A stretch of DNA of 63,632 nucleotides, filler included, from Choristocarpus tenellus KU-1152 (taxonomy: Eukaryota; Protista; Phaeophyceae): assembly GCA_964200185.2 (NCBI GenBank). It is 11 parts of 11 records of this genome, joined end to end, with 100 filler letters (N's around TTAATTAATTAA, not from the genome) between each part and the next. Parts side by side here need not be neighbours in the genome. Positions count along the whole stretch, not along the records: positions 45,841 to 49,632 come from CAXNAD020017893.1; positions 49,733 to 60,541 come from CAXNAD020002699.1; positions 60,642 to 63,632 come from CAXNAD020023089.1; 8 more parts are not named here. One strand, written 5' to 3'. Below, piece by piece: positions 49,553-62,606 of this stretch. The position numbers and the translations under genes were made by a program. Each line of letters begins with the position of its first letter. The first letter of the stretch is position 1. Under the pieces are notes generated by a model. The model had not been told where the DNA came from, did not search any database, and worked only from the letters and a program-made list of their open reading frames with translations.

Positions 49553-49632
49553 GGCTCAAAGTATCTGGGGGGGTGGCTGCTGTCCATTTGTGGCCAATTT
49601 TTTCATGTCTCGATTTTTGGGTGATTTGGTTC
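49553..49632 (+). mobile_element. MITE family B, partial at contig end
   Basis: GGCTCAAAGTATCTGGGGGG...GTCCATTTG runs into the gap. Further isolated B/C-type ends at 3407-3427, 15502-15526, 30964-30987, 49775-49823, 60498-60541 and 60679-60704. Confidence 0.8.
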
Positions 49633-49772
49633 NNNNNNNNNNNNNNNNNNNNNNNNNNNNNNNNNNNNNNNNNNNNTTAATTAATTAANNNNNNNNNNNN
49701 NNNNNNNNNNNNNNNNNNNNNNNNNNNNNNNNCCAAAAAAAAGAAAACAAAAAAAAAATGTGTTTGCACCAA

Positions 49773-49809
<37 letters not shown>

Positions 49810-49929
49810 AGATACTTTGAGTCAGGGGGAGCATGTGATGTAAACCCTCTGCTTTCAAGGCATGCTCTGGATTGATGGCATTTCGATCAATTTTTACTGT
49901 TCAAGAGTAAACATTGGTAGGCTGACATA

Positions 49930-50850
49930 TTGCTCTAGGCGTTTTTGTACAAATGATGATCATCCCTTAGTTACCGGGCAATTGAAGGTTTAACCCCCAA
50001 ATTGTCTTAATACACATCTGAGTAGGACAACAGTTAGATCCTATGGTGTGTGCATCCTTTTCACTAAATGGTACTTGGCCACAGGTGTAAGAGTTGTGAG
50101 TCCAAGATCTGGACTCTAGATTTGGAAGACACATTTGGTTTTGACCAGATATTGGTTCAGGTTCCTATGCAACAGTAGCACCCAAGTCACAAGTAGATCA
50201 GGTTGTTGCGATGGGTCCAAGAACACATACCGGACAGATCCCTGGCTGGTTGGAACTGCTGGTATATTTTCACTTATTGAGTGACGGATTGAAATGACAG
50301 TGTCCAAGTTGGAGGTTCCTGTGACATTAAGAGATGGATGTGAGTCGCACTGTTGCCACAACATCAATTAGCCTCTGAAGTCATGGTTTTAGTTCTTGAC
50401 AGATATAAGCCCTGCCTGATGAATCTGTTCAAGTCCATCTGTAGGCTCTCCAACTTTCCTTTCGCTGATCTGGTCTGAGAAGATCTTGTATGAAGGGCTG
50501 GACAGTGTGCAAGAATGATTTGACCCATCGAAAATTGTGGATAGATTCAAGACTCATTATAAGGCAGTGCTTCACCAGCATATAAGCGAAAAACATGGCG
50601 GGTTTTCCTTGTTATCCGCATCACACTGACCTCTGCAAATTGCCTTCCCTCACTACACTGCCCTTCCGTTAAATGTGGGGCTGTGAATGAATTCCCCCAT
50701 CCAGCCCCCCTTGTAGACTTGATGTAGAAATAAAGATATTAAAGACATGTTGCCGACAAGCAGATTTTGGACTTCACCATCACTGTACTTGAGTGCCGAA
50801 CAAGCAAATCTCTGGAGTGTGTGCTGCACTGTGACAAGTAATATACCTGC
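49930..50850 (-). pseudogene. Probable KDZ (Kyakuja/Dileera-like) transposase remnant
   Basis: CSALKYSDGEVQNLL (C...YDG...LL-like), TC.K...HT.G and II.YKNA.NMSAY (IYDNAC-like), seen across several frameshifts. Confidence 0.4.
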
Positions 50851-50854
50851 CTTC

Positions 50855-51113
50855 AAGTAAAAGTATCTTAGCAGGTATGAGTTATGCCCTGTTTGCCCGT
50901 TTGGGGCTTGGCTTCCCACGGGTTTATAATGACATTTTACCTACTCCAAAATGTTTCGGAGTAGGTAAAATGTATATATTACGAAAAGGAGTGTTCAGAA
51001 CAAGGATATTGACACTTCCTAACCAACACGATAGCCAAAATTACAATAAAATCACAACATTGGATTTTGGTCCCCAAACGGATACGACTCTACCCTCTAA
51101 GATACTTCGGCTC
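50855..51113 (+). mobile_element. MITE family A
   Basis: Full copy; flanks TTC/TTA (imperfect 3-bp). Confidence 0.88.
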
Positions 51114-52429
51114 TTACTTAGGACTATTGAATCAAACGTAAACAAACTCACATAGCTTGCATTTTGGAAGTATGTCTCTTGTACCTAAATAACGAACTCT
51201 GGTTCCACAAGGCAAAGTCTGATAGATATCATGTGTAGCATTATGATATCTAATTCCACAGAGTGGGCCACGAAAAATATCTAATGGGCCATGGCCTGGA
51301 TAACTATTTGTCCCTAGTATCCTAGAGGGGGGTGGATATTTAAATTTGTTGAGAAGGGGCTTGTAGATACAATGCCTGATGGGGAGGATACCGGCATTTA
51401 CTGTGAAGGGGCTTATGGATATGATGCGTGACACCTCATTTTCATGCCCCAAATTCAGGTAAATTTCATCAGGAGTTTGTGAATATAAAAGAAAAAATCT
51501 TCTGGATGGATGCTCCGTAATTGGATTGGAGGACATATGGATGTGAAGATGCAAATAAGTCACGGATACTCCTTAGTAACAATGACACCCCCCTCTAAGA
51601 TACTTTGACTTGGAGGTCAAGCTGGCAGTCCTGGTTGCCTTGAAGATACTGGTGAGAAGCTCCTGGGCTGTATGTATGTGCATTGCACATCAGCAGTACA
51701 CCTGAATCCTATTGGCATGTATTTCGATGCTCCTAAGGTCGACTCTGAATTAAGAAAAAGTCAGTATGGAGGAATATATAAATATGTGCATATGCATGAG
51801 GTGGTACCGGCCTGTTTCAACGAGTGGATCATTTACGAATGGGCAAGCTCTATGGAGGGGGGGGGGGGAGTATCATTGTCCTGATGATGCAAGAATAACT
51901 CCTTTCCACTGCTACTACTTCTGACCACCAGGATATATTTGCAATATTTTCATCTCCTCCTGTGGTACTATTAATGCTACAATTGTTATTGTTATTTGCA
52001 CTTTCATATTATTGGATACAGTATATCATTCATATGACTATGTGATGATGCGGTTCACTCAGGTAAGGGTGGTGAAGAGAATCACCTGGCAAGATGAACC
52101 AGGCAGACCAAGACAAATCATAACCGAGAGCATGAGGTTAAGGTTGACAAGAGCAAGACTGCAAGGACTTGCAGAATATTTCGGAGTGATGAGGATCTCA
52201 TGAGGGGGATCGTCAGAAATATCAAGGCGTGAGAACAAAGTCAATCTTCGATGTTCGACAACTCTGAATGAAGATAGGTCCCTTATCTGTGGGACTGGTC
52301 TCTTGAAGAGATTCCAGGAATTCAGTCTCACTAATGATTTTCCACAGGAAAGGAAAACCAATTGGCATGGCGGTATGTGACATAAAGCGTTAATGGTATG
52401 ATAACAGACAACCCTACTTCACACATTTG

Positions 52430-53440
52430 CCGTGGCCCACCACCGGAGCCATTGTGGACAAGGGGAAAATGCGTGGGCCTCCACACAACCCCTGGAACCA
52501 GCGCACCAGATCCCTCCTATAGAGTTTAGACTCACTGCCAACAGATTCCTTGGGAGGGAGGAGGCTCTATCCAACAGGTGCCAAGTGGGTTCAGGAAGCG
52601 TGACGTTGACACCCAATATGCTCATACCTGCCCTAGGGCAGAGGGACAGGTACGCCAACACACACTGGTGGTGAGGCGTCTCAGTCAACTCTTCAAAGGA
52701 AATGGCATTCATTGCACTATGGAGGATGGTAGCCCATTCACAGTGGACTGGAATTTCCGCATGGATGTGGTCTTCCATGCTGGGGCACTTGTGGGCGCCG
52801 GATCAGCTCCCTACCGAGACACAGGCCTCCTTCTGGATGTTATGTTTGCTGTGGTGCAAGCAGCAACCCATTTGCCCCACTCATCCACCAGCAACAGTTT
52901 AGGCTGATGCAGCTGAGGCGCGAAAGCATACCCATTGCGAGGGTCCTTTTGGCCCTCGTAGCATTAACCTCAACACCCTCGTGGTAGAAAGTTTTGGGCG
53001 CCTCAGTAAGCAAGCAGAAAGTTTTCTGGATGAGTTGACTACGCATGCGATAGGGGGGAGATAGGCAGTAGGTTACATCAGGAATGGAGCTGTTAAATCC
53101 CGTTTACGACAGATAGTGTCTGTAGTGTCTGTCAATACACAATTGGCTCTATCAAGAGGTGTAATGCGTTTTAAGCTGGAGACATGAGGGAGATGGGCAA
53201 GGAGGGGCCTGTCGCAGATTCTTGAGGTGCTTCCCTAACTCCTCGCCCTGTGGTGTAGTGCTAAGGTAGGTTGGAGGAATAGCAAGGGAATGGTGTAGTG
53301 TAGCTGGTAGTCACATAGTAATATATTTTGGAGAGTTATCTTTCACATTTGCAACAACTGTTACCTTTTCAAAAGTCGTTGTGATATTGGTTTGACTTTT
53401 TCCTTGACACACCTGCAAAATGTCAGAGGCATAATGGTAT
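52430..53440 (+). mobile_element. CRE-clade non-LTR retrotransposon, 5'-truncated: Zn knuckle + REL endonuclease + 3' UTR
   Basis: 52430-52650 is homologous to 10350-10577. It continues with RH, RMDVV...LLLDV and LVVESFGRL; the 3' UTR ends ...AAAATGTCAGAGGCATAAT. Confidence 0.85.
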
Positions 53441-53865
53441 GTAATGTAGAACTAACTCAGCATCCTTAAGTTACATGATTCAAAAACCACACTGCAGTCC
53501 AATCCTTCAACCTCGACCGTCAATCCCTCCAGTCTACTTATCAAATCGTTTTGTGTGGGTGTCTGATTTTGTTAATCCTCCACTCATATGGTCGCCCTCA
53601 CTTCCATTTCATCCCATACAACTTTCATACAAGAACCCTTCCCTCATCTGCAACTTCCGCGCGCATACCCCTCTATTTTCACACCATTGTAAGAATCCCT
53701 CCCAAAGGTGGTTCCAAACTGAGATCTAAATTGGGTGTAGGTGAGATCAATCACGAGACCTTGGAAAAGAGGAAAATAAGCCATAGCTGGCGTGCGAGGG
53801 ACCTTAGCTGGTCTTTACTTTGTGAGTTCAAGTTGCGTTTGGAGGCTAACCTTCAGGGTATAAAA

Positions 53866-56462
53866 ATGGCGACCGTCCGGGGCGACACTACAGATGTTGG
53901 GACATGGGGGACTCTACCAGTGAAAACCATTGTGATGAAGAATATGAAGCGCACGCTGGACATGTTCGTGATGGAGGAAGGAAAGCTTCCCCAATCAATA
54001 ATGGCGAGGTGAATGAAATGTCACCGTAGTCGAAATCCGATAAGACCCCACACGTGGAGTCGATGACCTATGGTCCAACATAACCTGGTCAACAAAACAT
54101 AGTTGTTGGGACGCCGATTAAAGCTGCGAAAAGGCGTTTCCCGTACAACTAGAGCTTGATCTCAACCGTTTATTCTTCAGGGTCCTTATACGTTAATATT
54201 TTAGTGTCCCCACCCTCTCCTGTTGTTGCTCTGGTATTGCAGCGATTGCTTTCCTCCCTCTGCTAAGAACGCTCCCTTCACATCCTAACAGTCAAAAGTT
54301 GAAGGTGGCTAGCAAACTCAGTGGGGAGTATGCTACCGTTAAGGATGGACTCTCTAGTGGAAATTCTGGAATAGGTGGGGGATTTGATGGGACAAATGGC
54401 GCATTAGGCGTCAAAAATGGGGTTGGAGGAAGGGGAGGAGGCCAAGTCAACGGCGTCGCAGCACCCATGGAGCGATCACGGGAGACGGAAGTCACTCGGA
54501 TAATCCAGCGTATTGATAAAGAGAAAATCGACAAGGCAAGGCAGAAGCAAGAGGAGGCGCGCAAGGCTGGCTCCGCTGGGGGGAGCAGTTTGGTGCTCTT
54601 TGAGCCCAGCACTGGGGCCGTAGGTGGGGCGATGGGGAGGGGGGACACGGCAAATCAATTGGTGGTCTCGCGGCGGGCAGCACAATCTGCCCCTCGTCCA
54701 GATTGGCATGCTCCATGGAAATTGTCGGCGGTGATGTCTGGGCACCTGGGGTGGGTGCGGGCGATCGCGTTCGAACCTGGGAACGAGTGGTTTGTTACAG
54801 GTGCAGCAGACCGCACGATCAAAGTGTGGGACCTCGCCAAAGTGTCTGCGGGGGCATCAGATGGACTGAAGCTGACCCTTACAGGGCATATCAACTGCAT
54901 CCGGGGCCTGGCAGTCTCCCCTCGACACCCATACCTGTTCTCGGCAGGGGAGGACAAGAAGGTAATGTGCTGGGACCTTGAGTACAACCGGGTGGTAAGG
55001 CACTACCATGGCCACCTCTCAGGGGTGCATTGCCTATCCCTGCACCCCACTCTAGACATCCTCGTCACAGGCGGGCGTGACAGTGTGGCTCGTGTGTGGG
55101 ATATGCGCACCAAGCAACAGATACACGCCCTAGCGGGGCACACCAATGCTGTTGGGACCTTGGCCACCAATGCTGTTGAGCCACAGGTGAGCGAGTAGTC
55201 TGCTGTAAGTGCATTGTTGTATCCTCAATATCTCTGGTTCATGATGAGAGGGCCCTCAGGCTAGGCCAATCCCACTTGGTGTCTTTATCCTAACTTGTTT
55301 GTGCCTTGATTTTTTGTTTTCACTTGTGGTTCTTACCTTGTTACAGCATTGTGCACTAGTCAAAGCGAGCCGTATTTGTGTAGGTGATTTTGACTGGGTA
55401 TAAGAGAAAATTGTGTGGGCATCCTAGTAGACTACGACCACTCAATCCATCGCACAGTTTGGCTGTGTAAATTGTGTGCTTCATTATATCAATGGATTAA
55501 GAAGGAGTTTATTTCATATTGCATGTATGTAGGCATGGACCATCCATGTGAGACTATTGGCATGTCAGTGAAGATATGTCCATATTTATTGCGTTCTTCC
55601 CCTTGTATTTGTTCACCTAATGGAAAGAGACTAACTGCCTTATACCCCTCACGTCACCCATTTCTTGTCTAGGTAATCACGGGTTCACATGATTGCCAGG
55701 TGAAGTTGTGGGACCTTGTAGCAGGCAAGGCAATGACAACCCTCACACATCACAAGAAGGCTGTCAGAGCCCTGAAGATGCACCCGAAGGAGTTCAGCTT
55801 CGTTTCAGCTGCTGCAGACAACATGAAGAAGTGGCAGGCAAGCCCCTTGCTCATTTCTCACTCTCTCTTGTCAATCTATTTTTTTTCTCCTCCTTTGCCA
55901 ATAGCAGTAAAATGAAAAAGAGTTCGGCATTATTCCAGATGTTCTCCCAGCTATGAGTTTTGCTATGCTGCGTTCCTTTACTGTTTGTTCTGATCTGGTG
56001 TCCCTGCTGCACCAAAAACGGACTGCTGTGTGCGTTATTTCGAAGTCCTAATTCCAACTGCCCTCATCGCCCGGTCCCATGCAACCACCATGGATGGTGC
56101 TTGCTCAGGCAAGAGATGGTGTGTTCCTTAACAACATATCAGGGCACAATACAATCATCAACACACTAGCAGTTAACGAGGATGGGGTGCTGGTGAGTGG
56201 GGGGGATAACGGGTCACTCTGCATGTGGGACTATGCAACTGGGTATGGCTTCCAGAGGATTGACACAGTAGCACAACCAGGGTCACTTGATGCAGAGGCA
56301 GGCATATTTGCGTCAACATTCGACATGAGTGGAAGTCGACTTGTCACTTGTGAGGCAGACAAGACAGTTAAGATATGGAAGGAGGACACAGCTGCAACCC
56401 CAGAAACACACCCCGTTGACATGGCCGATTGGGCCAAGGCCTTCCAGGCCCGGAAACGGTAG
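53866..56462 (+). CDS. PLRG1: Pleiotropic regulator 1 / Prp46, WD40 spliceosomal NTC (Prp19 complex) protein; complete, 4 exons, 518 aa
   Basis: Exons 53866-54008, 54292-55186, 55673-55837 and 56109-56462 splice in frame (1557 nt). Hallmarks: N-terminal MKRTLDMFV...[76 protein letters not shown]. Introns 1 and 2 are GT-AG; intron 3 is GC-AG. Confidence 0.96.
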
Positions 56463-59400
56463 TATATTTGGGAGGTGTAAGAAGTGGGTCAGTTAAGATG
56501 TGAAGTGCAGAAGAGAAGCAACTTGAGCCTATCGAGAGGAAGGAGGCAGGCTTTGAGGTACTGTACTCACAGATGGTTAATGCTTAAGTGTAGTTTTTTT
56601 TTGTAGGAGTGGACATAGAACCAGAGTTTCGGACCTGGGAAAAAGGCATTGTGGGTCATGACCCAGGGGCTCATTCCACGATGTGTTAGTCCACATCTAC
56701 TTGGAGGAGTAGTTTGGGGCTATGCATGCTCGATGGGTGTGATGTGTGGACAACGAGATCCTCTTTTAGACTATTGTTGTTCCTTGCACACCTGTGTGCT
56801 GTATTTTCCCCCCAAGAAATCGTTCGTTGTTGCCCTCTTTTGGAAGGATATTCTTTGACTTGCCCTCCTAATCTGCCACATATGCTTGGCCCGACTCCAA
56901 TGATGAATGAAGCAGAGGGTGTGTACCCTTTGGTATTTTTGTGATTCTCAAAAATATCCACACATCAATGAGGAGCTGTGTGTGTATCGCTGTTACTCAT
57001 ACTAGCAACAGATGGAGTTGGTGTAGGAATGGAATGAGCATGTTGTGCAGAGGTTTGTTCTTATGCTTCATTGCATTGCAACTTTTCCGTAGTGAAGTGA
57101 AGGTAGTTGCGGCTCCTTACAGATTCCAGGAGGTGCGGGATGACAACCAAGGGACAAGTTCAAGAATACAGCGTTCAGGTACTAGAAACTTTGCTTGCGC
57201 TTTGGTATGAGATGAGTCCTACACATTATCCACCAATGGAGCAAGCATGCACGTGTCCCTGAGCACGAGGTTGATTATCTGCTGTTACGTGTTTACTTTG
57301 GACCTTGATTTGACCCTAATGAGGGCCCTGGGCCAGGACCACTGCAGGAGCTTACATTCGTGTGTCCCTTGCTGTGGACTTGATCTCTGCCTGTGCTGGG
57401 CTGCCTGAGTCTGTGCAGGGTCCACATCCTGATGATATGGCCTAAACCTGGACCATTTGGGTTATCAATGAGACAGTGGAGGCCCAGGCTTACCCTTGGG
57501 CTCCTACCAGTGGAGGCTCTGGCCAAGGACCTGCTTCAGACTCATAGACAGATCCAAACTCAGGTGGAGGACCTTGCACGGGCTCAGAAAGTCTGGTACA
57601 GGCGGAGTATAAAGTCCACAGCCAGGCAAAGGTGAAGCAAGCTAGAGCAAAGGTTGTGACCCCTTACCTGTCTCACTTACGGAACTCATGGTTTCTCAAT
57701 TGTGCGATTTGAAACAAAACCAGGCTGCACTAATCATGTACACCTTCCCCTATCTTCCTTTCTCAGCTGCACTAATCGATTAACTGGGTAAATGTACTGA
57801 CTCCCACAATATCCCACCATAGACCTCACACCTCTTCCTCTATTTTCTGCGTCACATCATATGGTAATGTGTGTAATGTGGGTGGGTAGCATTGTGGGCT
57901 GTTGTTACTTGTATATGGTGGGTGGTGTACCCATCTCCTACAATAGCTCTGATGGGAAAAATGGGTCATGGGTGGAGTCTGTGCAGTATGTGTTGTGATA
58001 GCCACAGTCGCCACGACTTCCTGTGGAGCTGTCACCGTTGCTCGATGCCCACCCATCAAGGCAAGAGCATAAACCGGTGGATTGATCTGTGCAGGAATTT
58101 AGGGGAAGGACTCAGAGTTGGTGACTGGGTTGGTGAAGTCATGAGCGGTGAATCAACAAGATGCGACCTATCCTACTCACAGCATTTGCCATGCATTTTT
58201 GCAGCACACAGATTACAGATGGTTTGTTAAGAGTTTTCCCTTGATGCTAGAAGACGATTGCAGAATGGGGAATTGTAGTGACAGAATGAATACGGCAAAC
58301 TGCTTGTGTTTCTGGAGGTCCGATGCAACCCCTCCACGAGGAAAGGGCGAAATAGATGGAGCTGTGCATGTGATGCTACACCCTACACCAATTAACTCAA
58401 CAATGCATAGCCTACAGTATTTCTCCATGCATTGAAGGCTTTGGGCAAATCTACCTTGCACTTACGTAGGTTGAGTTTGTGCCGCATGGCATTGTTTTGG
58501 GGAGAAACCCACATTTCTTTCTGTCAGGATGAGCAGGTCAGTATTGATAGTACGAGTTATATCTCTTGCATTAAACAGGACAAACCTATGATACTACTGT
58601 CAGTACTTTCTCTTCGAGTCATCACACATCCCCCACTTCACCACATCTGTACGTTATGTCCTGCTTAGAGTTCTCATCCAGTGCTTCATATCAAGATTTT
58701 GCATTACGTTCTATCATGGAGTACTTGATATCTACGTCTGCTAGAGGTCTGTCTCTCGGTAACAAGGGCGCTGTGTTCAAGCTGTCGATTCTGTTCTTTG
58801 TCACATGTACACTACAGTAATGTTCCATGACTACTGGGTGTGTGGTATGTTAACAGGTTCTGCTAGGCATCACATTGGATGTTGTTGCACACTTGTTGCC
58901 CTGGACAAACAAAATATATCCTCAAGACCCTTGGCAAAGTATTCCTACACTCCATGCACATAGGCGAACATAGTATGTGAGTAAAACTATCTGCTTTTTA
59001 AATCTTGAGCAATATACACAAAGCTCACGCCTGAAATGGAGTTAACCCCCTCTAAGAGGATGCGACTGTGGAAGAGGAAGGTCGACTGTGAACAAACACA
59101 TTGATAGCTGAGAGCGCCATCCACAGTGCTACAAACCTGTATACCACAAGGTAGTCATTGGGGCTCTTAAACGACATCACTCTGTGTTAGTGGAGGAAGA
59201 GAAGGCCGTGACTTCAAACGATGTAATAAAAGAAAGAACTTTGCCATTTGAAGCACTTAGTGTATACTCCGGAGTACATTGCAATTTTAATGATGGAAAG
59301 TGTAAAGCAGGAGGGGCATGCATTGGATAGACGGCAATGGACATGTGTGATCAAATCCTTTGCAGTCACCCTGCGGTGACTGGTACAGGTTTGATCTCTC

Positions 59401-62201
59401 CAAAAAGCCGCAATAGCGACTTGAGAAAGTCACCTGTTGCATGCTCTAACTAAATGCTGATATGGAAATAGAGTTGACATAATATAGTACAAAGTGTTTA
59501 GTGCACAGAAATACTCCCAGAATTATATTCGACCGTCCCCATCCATGCAATGAAGGACTGACTCTATTGGAGATTATCAAGTAGTGTCTCTGATTCTGTG
59601 TTACTTGAGTAGATCTATGATAAATTTTTCAGGGTACCTGACCAAATATATGTGACAGGTGCTGGGTACTGACAGAGGGGCTCTTCCTACTCCTCTCTAT
59701 ACAGTGGTGCAGTACGATACAGTTACATCTCTGCCACATACTTATTGTGTGAATAGCACCTTATCAGGAATAATGTTCGCATTACTCACCACATACGCCA
59801 TTTCCAGCACACTCAAAGTTATCCTTTGTGCCAGCGGTGGTCCTGTTGACTGTGAAGGCAGGAGATGTGCCGAGCAATGGCAAGCTTCCCAGTTCAGTGA
59901 GGAATGTCACCTGCTGGGGACAACAGACAAGGCGGAATAGTGTCAGATGATCAGTATGATTTTCTTGCAGTGGCAGCTTCCTATGTAGTGAACGGCTCAA
60001 ACCAAGAGGAAAGGTAACGCCTCAGAATTTACTTAGAGCACCCCTAAAGAGTATGCCAATGTACTACGGTAGTGTTACTCTGATATTGCAATCTATATTG
60101 AACTCTTCTGCCTTACTTCAACAGAACAGGAACAGGTTTGATTGCTGCTGCTAAAGGACGAATGTATCGCCACACCCATTGCTCCAAGTTTGTGGTACAA
60201 GTGCATTAATCTCGTCATCATTCTTCAAAGTCCTATGGTTCATGAGGTAATGGGGAACAAATGTTACTTGGAAAGCTCCCGGGCGCTAGAGATAGAATAG
60301 CAACGTGCTCTACAAATCATCTGTCCCCATCAGTTAGTATGATAGTACAACCTTCATCCTGCATGTCATGGGTTGCATTCCCAGAACTTCCCAATACATA
60401 TTTCATGTACTTTGTGATACAAGAAGAAAGATTACAAATAATCATCTTCCCCAGTTGCCATTCAGGTGGAAGATCTGTGAAGTGAGGCAATATAGGAGAC
60501 CCAAAGTATCTGGGAGGGGGGGGGGGGGCTACACCAGGGGGNNNNNNNNNNNNNNNNNNNNNNNNNNNNNNNNNNNNNNNNNNNNTTAATTAATTAANNN
60601 NNNNNNNNNNNNNNNNNNNNNNNNNNNNNNNNNNNNNNNNNTTGCTGATTGCTGATTGTTTGGGATTTGATGTTGGGGCCCCCCCCCCCCAGATACTTTG
60701 AGCCTGTATTGCAGAAACTAGAGAGGGATGGATGGTGGCTGCCATGAATTGCGTTTTTGAAGCTGGGTGTGGTTAAGTGCCGGTGATCAAGTACATGTAC
60801 ATGTGACAATCGGTATCAGGGACAGAGGGGGGAAATATTCGTTACGCACAAGACACTTTGTTGTATGATGGGCCTTTGTAGTTAGTTCTGGCTCCACGAT
60901 TTCTTGCTTATGCAGACAATACGGTCCCTGATGTGGGCATAGCACGCAACTGAACTGTTTTTTACGCATTCTTGCTATGCCACCCCCCTCGAAGGATAGA
61001 AAGGACGCCTTGCCAGCCAAACTTATCATGCCGTTATCTGTCGCATTGTATGATGAACTTGGTGTGATAGTGTAATATGTAACATTAGCCAACGAGAAGA
61101 CAGGCATGCTGTCAACAGTCAAAGGGTATCCATCAATGTCGCAAATGAATGAGGGTTGTCATATTTCAGCTTTACTCTGTGCCTCCAAACGTGATGAGTA
61201 GATGTCCCCCTTAGACACAAAAAAAGGAAGCACAAACTCCAAAAAGGGACAAGCCACGAAAGGTAGGTGTTACAAGAATCCTCTGAAGCAGAGCAACAAG
61301 ATCCTTTCAAATAGATCATCCTGGTTAGCGAGTGCCTTGCCTTACTATCTGTTGATCGAACTGTCACGTCCTACTGGTTTGCTAAGGGTTGCAACCTTAG
61401 GCCTTGAGTTTCACAGGTAGGATCTTCACATTACAGACCAGGATCCAAGGTTGAGGATAAGAGCAAGTTCAAGAATCAGATGCTATAAGAGCTGTCACAA
61501 CCCACTACCTTGGCTACCTCAGGCTTCAATAGTGATGTCCCGTTTCCTGATGACTCAAGTAGGTAGAAAAATAAAAGTAAACCTGTTTATGGAATTATAT
61601 TAATTGTAGTTTTTGTAGTGTGGATGGTTTAGATGATCTAGGAATGGAAAGATTAAATTGAGCGATAATGTAATAGCCTTCTTCCACCTAAGTTATACCT
61701 TTAAGGTGACCTACCTTGAGGGGATGTACTTCAAGGTCTGCTTTCCTTATGTCATCTGGTTGAAGTAAATATCGGGTGGTTTGAGGGGACAAATAGGTAC
61801 AAAGACTTTCGCATTCACATCTGTCACTCATTGCGTAAGATAGAAATGTCTCGTTTGTGACAGAGGAGTGTAATGATGCACTCTTTGTATTGTTGTGTTG
61901 TGTTTTTTTTGCGCTGAATCCATTGCTTCTGTCTCAAGATGTATCCTCTACTATTTCAACTGTGCTTCCAAAAAAATGTCTTTTTGATAGAGCTTTTGGA
62001 ATCAAATGATACATGATCGTTCAACAATGAATGGGATAATAAAAGGTTACACGTTCCACTTTTTGTTATCATCGTAGATTGCAAGACAAGACGCTCGTTT
62101 TGTTAGAAGGCAATCGTGAATGGTGTTTTATTACAGGACTCGGGAATGATTGATGCAGTGTAGCTTATCTATTTTTTATCTCGCTTTTTTGTAGGTCAAT
62201 A

Positions 62202-62606
62202 GATTTCGGAAATGAAGCGTTGCACCATGTTGGGTCATTAACTTAACCTGGCCGTTCCTGATGATGTTTCACAAGACATAAACCATAATAATGCACTGCA
62301 AATAATTACCGACTAGCTGACACCAGCTAAACACACGGCATGGGACTCTACTTCTTGTGATGAAACAGTTCCCTTAATCAGCTTGAAACCCAGGAACTAG
62401 TGGATTTCGGAAATGAAGCGTTGCACCATGTTGGGTCATTAACTTAACCTGGCCGTTCCTGATGATGTTTCACAAGACATAAACCATAATAATGCACTGC
62501 AAATAATTACCGACTAACTGACACCAGCTAAACACACGGCATGGGCACTCTACTTCTTGTGATGAAACAGTTCCCTTAATCAGCTTGAAACCCAGGAACT
62601 AGTGGA
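62202..62606. repeat. Tandem duplication, 2 x ~201 bp, near-identical
   Basis: GATTTCGGAAATGAAGCG...GGAACTAGTG starts at 62202 and 62403; one substitution and one 1-bp indel seen. Confidence 0.93.

Noticed and set aside
782-51155. Family of similar small ORFs (MGSQAPNGQTG..YPLRYF, PPPRYFEP)
   Set aside because: These are translations of MITE A/B sequence; frames and stops differ between copies.
54292-54987. Overlapping antisense and alternative-frame ORFs
   Set aside because: They are shadows of the GC-rich PLRG1 exon 2.
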